Assembly (NCBI GenBank): GCA_032718475.1
Contig: JAUCBJ010007123.1
Span: 1-54,575 of the forward strand
Source of the DNA: Nemertoderma westbladi
Taxonomy: Eukaryota > Animalia > Xenacoelomorpha
DNA length: 54,575 nucleotides
Reading direction: 5' to 3'
Every line of letters starts with the position of its first letter. Positions within the stretch are counted from its first letter, which is position 1. A program made the position numbers and the translations under genes. This document shows, piece by piece, positions 24,535 to 39,107 of this stretch. The notes beneath the pieces are model-generated. The model was not told where the DNA came from. It was given only the letters and a program-made list of their open reading frames with translations, and searched no databases.

Positions 24535-25623
24535 CAAGGCACGGATGTTTTACGTTACGTTACGTTACGGTATTACATTACGGAATAATTTCCAAATTAC
24601 GTTACGTTACTGTATTCCGAAAAAAATAATTGCGTATTACCGAAAATACCGTAACGTAATAACCAGTTCAGATTGCCAAGAGGACCACAAAGAGATATTT
24701 AAAGTTTCATCCTATTTTTGTCTGAAACTTATAGTTTCAATGTTTTGAAATTGCAAATTAAATTAACGTAAAAATAACTTTAAATTGGTAGAACGGCTTG
24801 GCTTGTGTTGTAATAGGTTGTCATAATAAGACATACAGGTAGCGGTGGCCCTGTAGGTAGGCCTACCATGTAACCTGCTAACGGATCTAGGACCCTTCCC
24901 CCCCGGACACCCCCCCCCCCCCCCCCCCCCCCAGTTAAAGTGTTAAAATTTATCTGGGTACATCAAAGCAATAAACAAAAGTTAAAGATGGTTACAGGAC
25001 AAGTTGTATCTATCTAGTCAAGTTTTTTCAAAATTATAAAAGAAACATTTTTATAGTCAAATTTTGTTTGTTTTTCTTTTAATTGGGGGCTGCCGCCCCC
25101 AAACCCCCGCTACTTTTGAATTGCCGACGGCATTTCCCTGTGTGCCCGTGGTGAAAGAAATACCATTTTGAAATAATTAATTCATGTTTGAATTATCAGA
25201 TAATAAATTGACTAACAAAGCCTAAAGTAGGAGCTGTATTGAATGTTAACCAAATTAATATATAAATTACTACAATATTATGTAAATTAGTATATATTAT
25301 TATATAAATAGTTCAGAGTAGCCCTAGTTAGCTTAACATTAATTAATTAATTAATTATTACTATTAATTAATTATTAATTAAAACTTCATCATAAATAAC
25401 TGGAGATAAGGATACCGTGTACAGACAAACAAAACCTAAAAGCATTTAGTTTTATATTGAATAGCTAGAACGTTCAAGAGAAAGTTTTTTTTTGAAAGAT
25501 TTACTTTTCTGTCCAAAATGATTGCTTGGTAGCTAAAACAAATATTGCTATTACGTTACGGTTTACGTTACGGAAAAATATTGAACTACGGTATTCCTGA
25601 AAAGATAACGTAACGTAACGTTT
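24535..25623. mobile_element. Partial DNA-transposon-like insert with (TTACG)n subterminal repeats, flanked by a 31-bp direct repeat
   Basis: TTACGTTACG at the left and CGTAACGTAACG at the right; GTGGTTTTTATTAGTCAAACATGAAACCAAG at 24508-24538 and 25624-25654. Confidence 0.55.
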
Positions 25624-25679
25624 GTGGTTTTTATTAGTCAAACATGAAACCAAGTTGGACCCAAAGTATTAGTATCTTA

Positions 25680-28600
25680 ATAATACTATACTACAATAAT
25701 ACTATACTACAATAATACTATACTACAATAATACTCTTCTACAATAATACTATATTACTATACTACAATAATGTTATACTACAACAATACTATACTACAA
25801 ACTACAATAATACTATACTACAATAATACTATACTACAATAATACTATACTACAATAATACTATACTACAATAATAATACTATACTACAATAATACTATA
25901 CTACAATAATACTATACTACAATAATACTATACTACAATAATACTCTACTACAATAATACTATACTACAATAATACTATACTACAATAATACTATACTAC
26001 AATAATACTATACTACAATAATACTCTACTACAATAATACTATACTACAATAATACCATACTACAATAATACTATACTACAATAATACTATACTACAATA
26101 ATACTATACTACAATAATTCTATACTACAATAATGCTATACTACAATAATACTATACTAAAATAATACTATACTACAATAATACTATACCACAATAATAC
26201 TACAATAATACTATACTACAATAATACTATACTACAATAATACTATACTACAATAATACTATACTACAATAATACTATACTACAATAATACTATACTACT
26301 ATACTATAATAATGCTATACTACAACAATACTATACTACTACACTACAATAATGCTATACTACAATAATACTATACTATAATTAATACTATACTACAATA
26401 ATACTATAGACCTGCTATTACAGTACTGCAGTATTCAGGTATTAGCTGCAGACAGTACTGGTACTGCAGTCCTGTAGGCAATATTCTACTGTTGTGTTCA
26501 TACGGTTGCTAGGTGATGGGTAATGACAGCTGGTGGTGGTTGAATTATGTTTGTCCAGTAGTTTTTGTGCTTTGTGTGTTATTTTTAAAGATGAATATAA
26601 TATAATATACTGTCAATGTCCTGAGGAAGCTGAAAAAAAAAAAAAAAAAAAAAAAAAGTAGACCTACTACAATAATACTACACTACAATAATACTATACT
26701 ACAATAATACTATACTACATTAATGCTATACTATAACAATACTATACTACAATAATACTATACTACAATAATACTATACTACAATAATACTATACTACAA
26801 TAATGCTATACTACAATAATACTATACTACAATAATACTATACTACAATAATACTATACTACAATAATACTATACTATTATACTACAATAATGCTATACT
26901 ACAACAATACTATACTACTACACTACAATAATGCTATACTACAATAATACTATACTAGAATTAATACTATACTACAATAATACTACACTACAATAATACT
27001 ATAGACCTACTACAATAATACTATAGACCTACTACAATAATACTATACTACAATAATACTATACTACAATAATGCTATACTACAACAATACTATACTACA
27101 ATAATACTATACTACAATAATACTATACTACAATAATACTATACTACAATAATACTATACTACAATAATACTATACTACAATAATACTATACTACAATGA
27201 TACTATACTACAATAATACTATACTACAATAATACTATACTACAATAATACTATACTACAATAATACTATACTACAATAATACTCTACTACAATAATACT
27301 ATACTACAATAATACTATACTACAATAATGCTATACTACAATAATACTATATACAAGAAAAATACTATACTACAATAATACTATACTACAATAATACTAT
27401 ACTACTATACTACAATACTACAATAATACTATACTACAATAATACTATACTACAATAATACTATACTACAATAATACTATACTACAATAATGCTATACTA
27501 CAACACTACAATAATGCTATACTACAATAATACTATACTACTATACTACGATACTACAATAATACTATACTACAATAATACTATACTACAATAATACTAT
27601 ACTACAATAATACTATACTACAATAATACTATACTACAATAATACTATACTACGATAATACTATACTACAATAATACTCTACTACAATAATACTATACTA
27701 CAATAATACTATACTACAATAATACTCTACTACAATAATACTATACTACAATAATACTCTACTACAATAATACTATACTACAATAATACTAAACTACAAT
27801 AATACTATACTACAATAATACTATACTACAATAATACTCTACTACAATAATACTATACTACAATAATACTATACTACAATAATACTATACTACAATAATA
27901 CTATACTACAATAATACTATACTACAATAATACTATACTACAATAATACTATACTACAATAATACTATACTACAATAATACTATACTACAATAATACTAT
28001 ACTACAATAATACTCTACTACAATAATACTATACTACGATAATACTACACTACAATAATACTATACTTCAATAATACTATAATACTATACTACAATACTA
28101 CAATAATACTAAACTACAATAATACTATACTACAATAATACTATACTACAATAATACTATACTACAATAATACTCTACTACAATAATACTATACTACGAT
28201 AATACTACACTACAATAATACTATACTTCAATAATACTATAATACTATACTACAATACTACAATAATACTAAACTACAATAATACTATACTACAATAATA
28301 CTATACTACAATAATACTATACTACAATAATACTATACTACAATAATACTATACTACAATAATACTATACTACAATAATACTATACTACAATAATACTCT
28401 ACTACAATAATACTACACTACAATAATACTATAATACTATACTACAATACTACAATAATACTATACTACAATACTTCAATAATACTATAATACTATACTA
28501 CAATACTACAATAATACTAAACTACAATAATACTATACTACAATAATACTATACTTCAATAATACTATAATACTATACTACAATACTACAATAATACTAT

Positions 28601-31600
28601 ACTACAATAATACTCTACTACAATAATACTATACTACGATAATACTACACTACAATAATACTATACTTCAATAATACTATAATACTATACTACAATACTA
28701 CAATAATACTAAACTACAATAATACTATACTACAATAATACTATACTACAATAATACTATACTACAATAATACTATACTACAATAATACTATACTACAAT
28801 AATACTATACTACAATAATACTCTACTACAATAATACTATACTACGATAATACTACACTACAATAATACTATACTTCAATAATACTATAATACTATACTA
28901 CAATACTACAATAATACTAAACTACAATAATACTATACTACAATAATACTATACTACAATAATACTATACTACAATAATACTATACTACAATAATACTCT
29001 ACTACAATAATACTATACTACGATAATACTACACTACAATAATACTATACTACAATAATACTATACTACAATAATACTATACTACAATAATACTATACTA
29101 CAATAATACTATAATACTATACTACAATAATACTATACTACAATAATACTACACTACAATAATACTATACTTCAATAATACTATAATACTATACTACAAT
29201 ACTACAATAATACTAAACTACAATAATACTATACTACAATAATACTATACTACAATAATACTATACTACAATAATACTATACTACAATAATACTATACTA
29301 CTATACTACAATACTACAATAATACTAAACTACAATAATACTATACTACAATAATACTATACTACAATAATACTATACTACAATAATACTACAATACAAT
29401 AATACTATACTTCAATAATACTATAATACTATACTACAATACTACAATAATACTAAACTACAATAATACTATACTACAATAATACTATACTACAATAATA
29501 CTATACTACAATAATACTACACTACAATAATACTATACTTCAATAATACTATAATACTATACTACAATACTACAATAATACTAAACTACAATAATACTAT
29601 ACTACAATAATACTATACTACAATAATACTATACTACAATAATACTATACTACAATAATACTATACTACAATAATACTATACTACAATAATACTCTACTA
29701 CAATAATACTATACTACAATAATACTATACTACAATAATACTATACTACAATAATACTATACTACAATAATACTATTACTATACTACAATAATACTATAC
29801 TACAATAATACTATAATACTATACTACAATACTACAATAATACTAAACTACAATAATACTATACTACAATAATACTATACTACAATAATACTATACTACA
29901 ATAATACTCTACTACAATAATACTATACTACAATAATACTATACTACAATAATACTCTACTACAATAATACTATACTACAATAATACTATACTACAATAA
30001 TACTATACTACAATAATACTATACTACAATAATACTATACTACAATAATACTATACTACAATAATACTATACTACAATAATACTATACTACAATAATACT
30101 CTACTACAATAATACTATACTACAATAATACTATACTACAATAATACTATACTACAATAATACTATACTACAATAATACTATACTACAATAATACTATAC
30201 TACAATAATACTATACTACAATAATACTATAATACTATACTACAATACTACAATAATACTAAACTACAATAATACTATACTACAATAATACTATACTACA
30301 ATAATACTATACTACAATAATACTATACTACAATAATACTATACTACAATAATACTATACTACAATAATACTATACTACAATAATACTATACTACAATAA
30401 TACTATACTACAATAATACTATACTACAATAATACTATACTACAATAATACTATACATAATACTATACTACAATAATACTATACTACAATAATACTATAC
30501 TACAATAATACTATACTACAATAATACTATACTACAATAATACTATACTACAATAATACTCTACTACAATAATACTATACTACAATAATACTATACTACA
30601 ATAATACTCTACTACAATAATACTATACTACAATAATACTATACTACAATAATACTATACTACAATAATACTATACTACAATAATACTATACTACAATAA
30701 TACTATACTACAATAATACTATACTACAATAATACTATACTACAATAATACTATACTACAATAATACTATACTACAATAATACTATACTACAATAATACT
30801 ATACTACAATAATACTATACTACAATAATACTATACTACAATAATACTCTACTACAATAATACTATACTACAATAATACTATACTACAATAATACTATAC
30901 TACAATAATACTATACTACAATAATACTATACTACAATAATACTCTACTACAATAATACTATACTACAATAATACTATACTACAATAATACTATACTACA
31001 ATAATACTATACTACAATAATACTATACTACAATAATACTATACTACAATAATACTATACTACAATAATACTATACTACAATAATACTATTACTATACTA
31101 CAATAATACTATACTACAATAATACTATAATACTATACTACAATACTACAATAATACTAAACTACAATAATACTATACTACAATAATACTATACTACAAT
31201 AATACTATACTACAATAATACTCTACTACAATAATACTATACTACAATAATACTATACTACAATAATACTCTACTACAATAATACTATACTACAATAATA
31301 CTATACTACAATAATACTATACTACAATAATACTATACTACAATAATACTATACTACAATAATACTCTACTACAATAATACTATACTACAATAATACTAT
31401 ACTACAATAATACTCTACTACAATAATACTATACTACAATAATACTATACTACAATAATACTATACTACAATAATACTATACTACAATAATACTATTACT
31501 ATACTACAATAATACTATACTACAATAATACTATAATACTATACTACAATACTACAATAATACTAAACTACAATAATACTATACTACAATAATACTATAC

Positions 31601-33642
31601 TACAATAATACTATACTACAATAATACTCTACTACAATAATACTATACTACAATAATACTATACTACAATAATACTCTACTACAATAATACTATACTACA
31701 ATAATACTATACTACAATAATACTATACTTCAATAATACTATAATACTATACTACAATACTACAATAATACTAAACTACAATAATACTATACTACAATAA
31801 TACTATACTACAATAATACTATACTACAATAATACTATACTACAATAATACTCTACTACAATAATACTATACTACAATAATACTATACTACAATAATACT
31901 CTACTACAATAATACTATACTACAATAATACTATACTACAATAATACTATACTACAATAATACTATACTACAATAATACTATTACTATACTACAATAATA
32001 CTACACTACAATAATACTATACTTCAATAATACTATAATACTATACTACAATACTACAATAATACTAAACTACAATAATACTATACTACAATAATACTAT
32101 ACTACAATAATACTATACTACAATAATACTCTACTACAATAATACTATACTACAATAATACTATACTACAATAATACTCTACTACAATAATACTATACTA
32201 CAATAATACTATACTACAATAATACTATACTACAATAATACTATACTACAATAATACTATACTACAATACTACAATAATACTAAACTACAATAATACTAT
32301 ACTACAATAATACTATACTACAATAATACTATACTACAATAATACTACAATACAATAATACTATACTTCAATAATACTATAATACTATACTACAATACTA
32401 CAATAATACTAAACTACAATAATACTATACTACAATAATACTATACTACAATAATACTATACTACAATAATACTACACTACAATAATACTATACTTCAAT
32501 AATACTATAATACTATACTACAATAATACTATACTACAATAATACTATACTACAATAATACTATACTACAATAATACTATACTACAATAATACTATACTA
32601 CAATAATACTCTACTACAATAATACTATACTACAATAATACTCTACTACAATAATACTATACTACAATAATACTATACTACAATAATACTATACTACAAT
32701 AATACTATACTACAATAATACTACACTACAATAATACTATACTTCAATAATACTATAATACTATACTACAATACTACAATAATACTAAACTACAATAATA
32801 CTATACTACAATAATACTATACTAGAATAATACTATACTACAATAATACTCTACTACAATAATACTATACTACAATAATACTAAACTACAATAATACTAT
32901 ACTACAAACTACAATAATACTATACTGCAATAATACTATACTACAATAATACTACACTACAATAATACTATACTTCAATAATACTATAATACTATATACT
33001 ACAATACTACAATAATACTAAACTACAATAATACTATACTACAATAATACTATACTACAATAATACTATACTACAATAATACTATACTACAATAATACTC
33101 TACTACAATAATACTATACTACAATAATACTATACTACAATAATACTATACTACAATAATACTATACTACAATAATACTCTACTACAATAATACTATACT
33201 ACAATAATACTAAACTACAATAATACTATACTACAAACTACAATAATACTATACTGCAATAATACTATACTACAATAATACTATACTACAATAATACTAT
33301 ACTACAATAATCCTATACTACAATAATACTATACTACAATACTATACTACAATAATACTATACTACAATAATACTATACTACAATAATACTATACAATAA
33401 TACTATACTACAATAATACTATACTACAATACTATACTACAATAATACTATACTACAATAATACTATACTACAATAATACTATACAATAATACTATACTA
33501 CAATAATACTATACTACAATAATCCTATACTACAATAATACTATACTACAATACTATACTACAATAATACTATACTACAATAATACTATACTACAATAAT
33601 ACTATACAATAATACTATACTACAATAATACTATACTACAAT
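25680..33642. repeat. ~8-kb satellite array, 16-bp unit ACTATACTACAATAAT, interrupted at ~26410-26658
   Basis: Hundreds of head-to-tail units with recurrent variants (ACTCTACT, ACTAAACT, ACTTCAAT, ACTACACT); plus strand almost free of G. Confidence 0.98.
26410..26658 (+). other. ~250-bp unique insert ending in a long poly-A run inside the satellite (retroposed-like)
   Basis: Non-satellite sequence ending in ~25 A; flanked by TAGACCTGCTA and TAGACCTACTA. Confidence 0.5.
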
Positions 33643-34639
33643 AAGGAGGTAGAGGAGAAACCAAAGACGGGCGATGGGGGGAGACAGCTAGAAGTGGAAG
33701 CAACACCAAGAGAGTGGGCGGAGGAGAATGGCTTGGATGCAGAAGACCTAGATGCGATGGGATGGAACAAGGATGTTCCTGGAAAGAATCGGTGTGAGGG
33801 CGGAGGAGAATGGACGGCGAGATCTCCGGGGGAGTGTCCGGAGGAGACGCCGGTCCAGTTGAGAGGGATACCAAAAAGGGGGAGGTCGAGTAAGAAGACA
33901 AGGTGGAAAGGGAGAGGATGTGAGAAGATTAGACCAGTGGCAGAGAAGCCCATGATTAAACGCAACAAAGGAGCCAGGAAAGTAGAAGGAGGCGTGTTGC
34001 ACACGCACACAGGGCTGGCAGAGTGCAAGGGGGCATTACATGGTGAGACATCATGTATACCAAAGGATGACCGGTGGTCATCGAGGGCTTTAATGCCAGC
34101 GCACATATTAAGGGGGAGGCCAGCAGAGGTAGCATGTAAGAGTAAGGATGACATCAGGGGGGCATTATACCGCCAAACGACAAGTTGAAGGGTGGCACTT
34201 TGCTGCCAGGGGACGACCACGAGGAGATCAGTAATACAGAGAATAGGCAGCACTTTTCAGATTTAAGGACAGGAGAGAAGGGAAGGTCAATTCCAAGAGA
34301 GTTGGAATTGACAAGGAGAGTGGGGCGAAGAATTAGAGGACCTACAGGGGGGCAGTGGGAGAGTTGCCTGCTGGAAGATTCACCCTTAGGTCGCTGAGTC
34401 GTCCAATAAGTTGGACTGAAGGGGGGGCGAAGATGGAAGAGTTAGATCTGTAGAAGTGCGGATAGAAGTGTCACCTGCTAGAAGGGGCACCATAGAGTTT
34501 AGTCGTCCAAGTGTTGGTCTGAGGGGGGTGGGATTGAGGGCGAGACGCCCTTCCCACAAAAAATATAAAAAATAATAAAAATAATAAAATAATAGAAAGA
34601 AAGTAAGAGAAAGGAAAGCAATAGTACATAGTACGTAGT

Positions 34640-35180
34640 AGTAAGTAAGTAGGCAGATAAGAGTTAGTAGTAAGAGGGTACGTAGTACCGTTAGTAAAAG
34701 TTAGTAGTAAGAGGGTACGTAGTTTGGTAGTACCATTAGTAAGAGTTAGTAGTAAGAGGGTACGTAGTACCGCTAGTAAGAGTTAGTAAGAGTCAGTAGT
34801 AAGAGGGTACGTAGTACCGTTAGTAAGAGTTAGTAAGAGTTAGTAGTAAGAGGGTACGTAGTACCGTTAGCAAGATTTAGTAGTAAGAAGTTACGTAGTG
34901 CCGCTAGTAAGAGTTAGTAAGAGTCAGTAGTAAGAGGGTACGTAGTACCGTTAGTGGAGTTAGTAAGAGTTAGTAGTAAGAGGGTACGTAGTACCGTTAG
35001 TGGAGTTAGTAAGAGTTAGTAGTAAGAGGGTACGTAGTACCGTTAGTGGAGTTAGTTAGTAGTAAGAGGGTACGTAGTACCGTTAGAGGAGTCAGTTAGA
35101 GAGTAAGAGGTTACGTAGTACCGTTAGTTAGAGAGTTAGTAAGAGTTAGGGAATTAGTGGAGTTAGAGAGTTAGGGTTAG
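34640..35180. repeat. Irregular tandem repeat, ~37-48-bp units
   Basis: Recurring GAGTTAGTAGTAAGAGGGTACGTAGTACCGTTAG with variable AGTTAGTA modules. Confidence 0.9.
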
Positions 35181-35683
35181 TAGTAAGAAGTGAGAGGGGG
35201 GCATGTGGGTACAGCAGGACAGACCGTGTAGGCCGCACGAGACATACTACTGCACTGCACATCCCGTAGAGTAGGTCAGAATGTTTGATACAGGGCCAGG
35301 AGGTTACCTGGTGCAGACTAGCACAGTAAGGAATAGCTAGTCCATCCTGTATACGAACCATAGGGATTATTTGAATAAAATAATCCTTTATAAGTATTGA
35401 TAGCACAGTAATAGAATTAAAATTAATATTAAAAATTATTATTACAAATTATAGCAACAGTAGGAAAATATTCTAGAACATAATAAAAGTAACTGACAGA
35501 TTTAGGGAATTTAGGGAAATTTAGCACTTTAGGGGGTAAATAGGCAAATACAGCAATAAAACCTAGCGTTCTGAGAGAGATAGGTCATTATCGGACCACA
35601 CAGACCATCCTAACTACATCACTCACCTATATTGAGCCTTGGCAAGGCACCACCTTGTAGGTGAGCGATCAGGAGCGTTCGAA

Positions 35684-38030
35684 ATGGCGGAGTGACTTGT
35701 CAGAAAGAGAAAGGCGGAAATGGGTGGAAAGGAGATACTAGTAGATTTAACCGAGAGGCATCCGGAGGAGAAGACGAGGGGATACTATGAGCGGTTAGAG
35801 AAGGGTCACAAGGCGTGAGCACTGCAGGACCATTTCAGGGAGGTGCACGAGAGGCGGCTGGTCAGGACCTATGGGACGCCATCGCTAGACAACGCAATCC
35901 TCGAGCATTTCCACTACGTGGTGAAGGTTAGAGAAGGGTCACAAGGCGCGAGTGCTGCAGGACCATTTCAGGGAGGTGCACGAGAGGCGGCTGGTCGGGA
36001 CCTACGGGACGCCGTCGCTAGACAACGCGATCCTCGAGCATTTCCACTACGTGGTAAAGGGAGACGAGGCGAAGTTCGGGATACTGAAGTATCTGAGGGA
36101 ACCACCGAGAAAGGACTGGAAGAGGTTTGTAGAGTCCGTCAGCAGGGGAGGATACATGGTCCTAGACGACGAAGGGACCGTGGAAGACGACGAGGGTTTG
36201 AGGAGAGGGTCGGCGGGGTCGGCCAGAACCATACTTCTGCATTTGGCTGCGCCAAATGGGGACAAATTCCTGTTCGATCTGGGAACGTATGGGAAGAAGA
36301 ACGGGCCGAAGTTGAACCGGTTGCCAAGGGCGGTGCAGAACGTAGTAAGGGAAAAGTCGACGATGAAGGTGGGATCGGCGATCCACGACGATGCGGAGAG
36401 GATCATCGGTCCGCAGACCCCCAACCTCCTGGACATGCAAACGGTCTACATGGCTATGACAGGGCCAGCCGGGTTGGGACTAGTAGAGAACACAGGACAT
36501 TGCGGAGCAGTGGCGATGGGCCAGCTAATGGGACTCATCTGCCACAAACTGATGGACTGTGGTAAATTCAGGGAGGAGTATGGAGTGGAGTTGGCGAACT
36601 CGCTGAAGTGGGGAGCGAGACCAGGGAAACAGGAGGTGTATCAATTCCGGAGAGCAGCGACAAAGATATATCAGAAGCGATATATCCTGCAGGAGGATTG
36701 GATAATGATAGGTTTACTAAATCTATTCATTGCCATGGTTATCGGAAGAGAGCCAATGGCGTTTCTGCTGTCGTGATCACCCCTGAACTACAGAAGAGCC
36801 TTCAAAGTGGCCTTCGAGGGTCTGGCAGACCACCCGGGGCTGAAGGGCGAGTCGGTATACTACAACTGCCGATATCTAGTAGACAGGGAGGTGGATATAC
36901 CATATCAGAGATGGGAGAAGCTGGAGGCAGATAGACAAGAGGAGAAGCGATTGGAAGAAATCGCTAGACGAGAAAGGAGGGAGGCAGACGAAAGAGAGGC
37001 GGAAGCTAGAGGAGAGGGCTACGGGTTCGAGGCCCATGCCTTGGACGATTTGCAATGGGCATCAGGGAGCTCGGGCGAGTCTCTGGGATGAGAGTTGGGA
37101 TGGACGGAAGGATTGCCAAAACAGTCGACATCGGGATTGCAGGCGACGCCCATGCCAGCAGGCGCCAAGGGCGATTTTGCGAAGAAAAGACCAGGGGAAC
37201 TGGAAGGATGGAAAGTCACGGGCGAGAGCCAAGGTGGGAAGGGACACAGTGGGTCTACCGGGATACTGGGTTTGGAACCACTCCCAGCGGAGGACGAGGA
37301 TGACGACGAGTTCGGGGAGGTGCCGCCCATCGGGAGAATCAGCCACTCAGACACGGACTGGGTTGGCGGGAGAGTGGTGACGGTCAGCGAGGCGAGGGCC
37401 TTCTGGGATAAACCCGGCAAGCGGGCCTGGGTGCATGAGGAGCCGACGATGGATTTTGTGGGGAGCACCATCAGGTTGGGCGAGCAACTGGGAACGGCAT
37501 CATGGGTAGTATTTGGAGAGACAATGCCGAGGCGAGACGAGGACATAGATATGGACAGAGAGATTAACTTCCAGAAGTTTGCTCACCAGCGGCTCCATAG
37601 ACCAAGGAGATCGCTTGGGGCGAAGGACGACTTGGGCGGGACGCGTTGGTACTCAGCTGCGATTACTGTGGGAGGCTTACTCACCAGGAAAGGAGCTGCT
37701 TGTATCGATTCCAGAAGGGGACGAGCTGCCTCTACTGCCGCGAGTCGAATCACAGGATGGGGGCGTGTCCACGGTTGCACAAGCGGTGTTCTAAGTGCAA
37801 CTTCCGGGGGCACTACGGACGCCAGTGCGACTGGATGGACGACGAGGAGAAGTTTAAGATCTTCGAGGAGTAGGCAGAATGAAGGCCCAGGAATTCCGGT
37901 GGGGTTTCTTTAATATTAACCAGGAGGCCCACCTGGAAATCATCAAACGGAGGCTTCCGTTTACTTATCAAGAAGTATCAACGGCGGCATCGTATGCTGG
38001 AGTGATGAATACACAGGTATTTAGATAGAT
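35684..38030 (+). pseudogene. Disrupted long ORF: DEDD-type 3'-5' exonuclease (WRN/EXD-like), charged linker, three CCHC zinc knuckles
   Basis: ORFs 35952-36776, 36807-37091 and 37095-37913 share one frame separated by single TGA codons; motifs YMVLDDEG, TILLHLA...FLFDL, LPRAVQNVVREKSTMKVGSAIHDDAERI, LDMQ, YQKRYILQED; knuckles CDYCGRLTHQERSC, CLYCRESNHRMGAC, CSKCNFRGHYGRQC after a frameshift near 37650. Confidence 0.7.
35793..36058. repeat. 133-bp tandem duplication causing a frameshift in the exonuclease ORF
   Basis: GGTTAGAGAAGGGTCACAAGGCG starts at 35793 and again at 35926. Confidence 0.92.
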
Positions 38031-39107
38031 GGGCGCCAGAGAACCGGGGAGAGTTCAGAGATTTCCCGGCGGAGCATGTGCCGCAGGCCATGAAGGTGTT
38101 CTTATGGGACGCTACTAGGGGAAAGCAGCAGGGGCATTCGGAGGGGCCACCTGCGAAGCGATACCGTGAGCTAATAACACCAGCGCCCAAGGAATCGACC
38201 ACGGAATCAGTAGGGAAGTAACGGCAAGGATGAGGAACCTTAAGGAGGACAAGAGCAAGGGACCGGCAACAACCAGGAAGCGACCGAGACAGGACGACAA
38301 CAGAGGGAAGGAACTGAGATGGTTCCCAAAGACGGGAGGAGCGGAGTAGGACTCGGAGGGGAGATTTGGGGATGTCTGGAAGGCACCACATGCGAATTAA
38401 TACGAACTTCTAAGTGCAAATTTAATAAAAGTGCAATTAGTATCTACGTATGTAGTAATCAATAAAATATAATCATATAATCAATATAATCAAAGTAAGT
38501 ACTATAGTCATGTAACCTTTTCCAATTAGCTAGTGGGATTGGGAACCAATCGACTATAACAGGAGGACGGGAGACTAGACATGGCACTACACACTTCACA
38601 CTTCTTAAGTGCGACAGCACGGAAGGGGAGGGTGAGGCTCGTCAGGAGTGAATGGGGCAGAGTGAGTAAGGGTTGAGCATAGAACGCAGGGGAGTTAGTG
38701 AGTGGCGGTGTTGACGCGTGTGGAGAGAATACGGGTGCAATTCAAATGTGGGGGGGGGGGGGGGAGGAGTAAGAGGCAGAGTTAGGGACAATGAGGTCCG
38801 AAAGTAGGGTGGAGTTAAGAGTGGAACTAGAGAGGTTAGAGTCAGTTTAGAGTGGAGTGGAGATACAAAATTGTTTGAGAAGAGTCCACAATTGTCTCAA
38901 ACCGAGACGCCAGATGTCTTGGTGCAACATAGTTTGTGGTTGCACCAAGAGAGGGTAGTGACATCATACCCAGAGGAAGCGGCCCGGAAAGCCGACTCCG
39001 AGAAAAGGACTCCACCCCACACCCGATAGTAGATCGGGTTCCAGCGGAATTGAAGCGCACTTATGGGAGATGCTATCTTCTCACCGGGAAGATAGCATGG
39101 GGGGGAG

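Noticed and set aside
25680-33642. Telomeric repeat
   Set aside because: 16-bp unit has no G-rich telomere-type motif and is interstitial
36774-37091. Programmed TGA readthrough or selenocysteine in the exonuclease ORF
   Set aside because: The duplicate shows CGA versus TGA directly and frameshifts are also present, so CpG decay is the simpler explanation
37646-37873. Standard retroviral gag nucleocapsid
   Set aside because: No capsid-like region before it and no protease or RT after it; it follows an exonuclease-like domain
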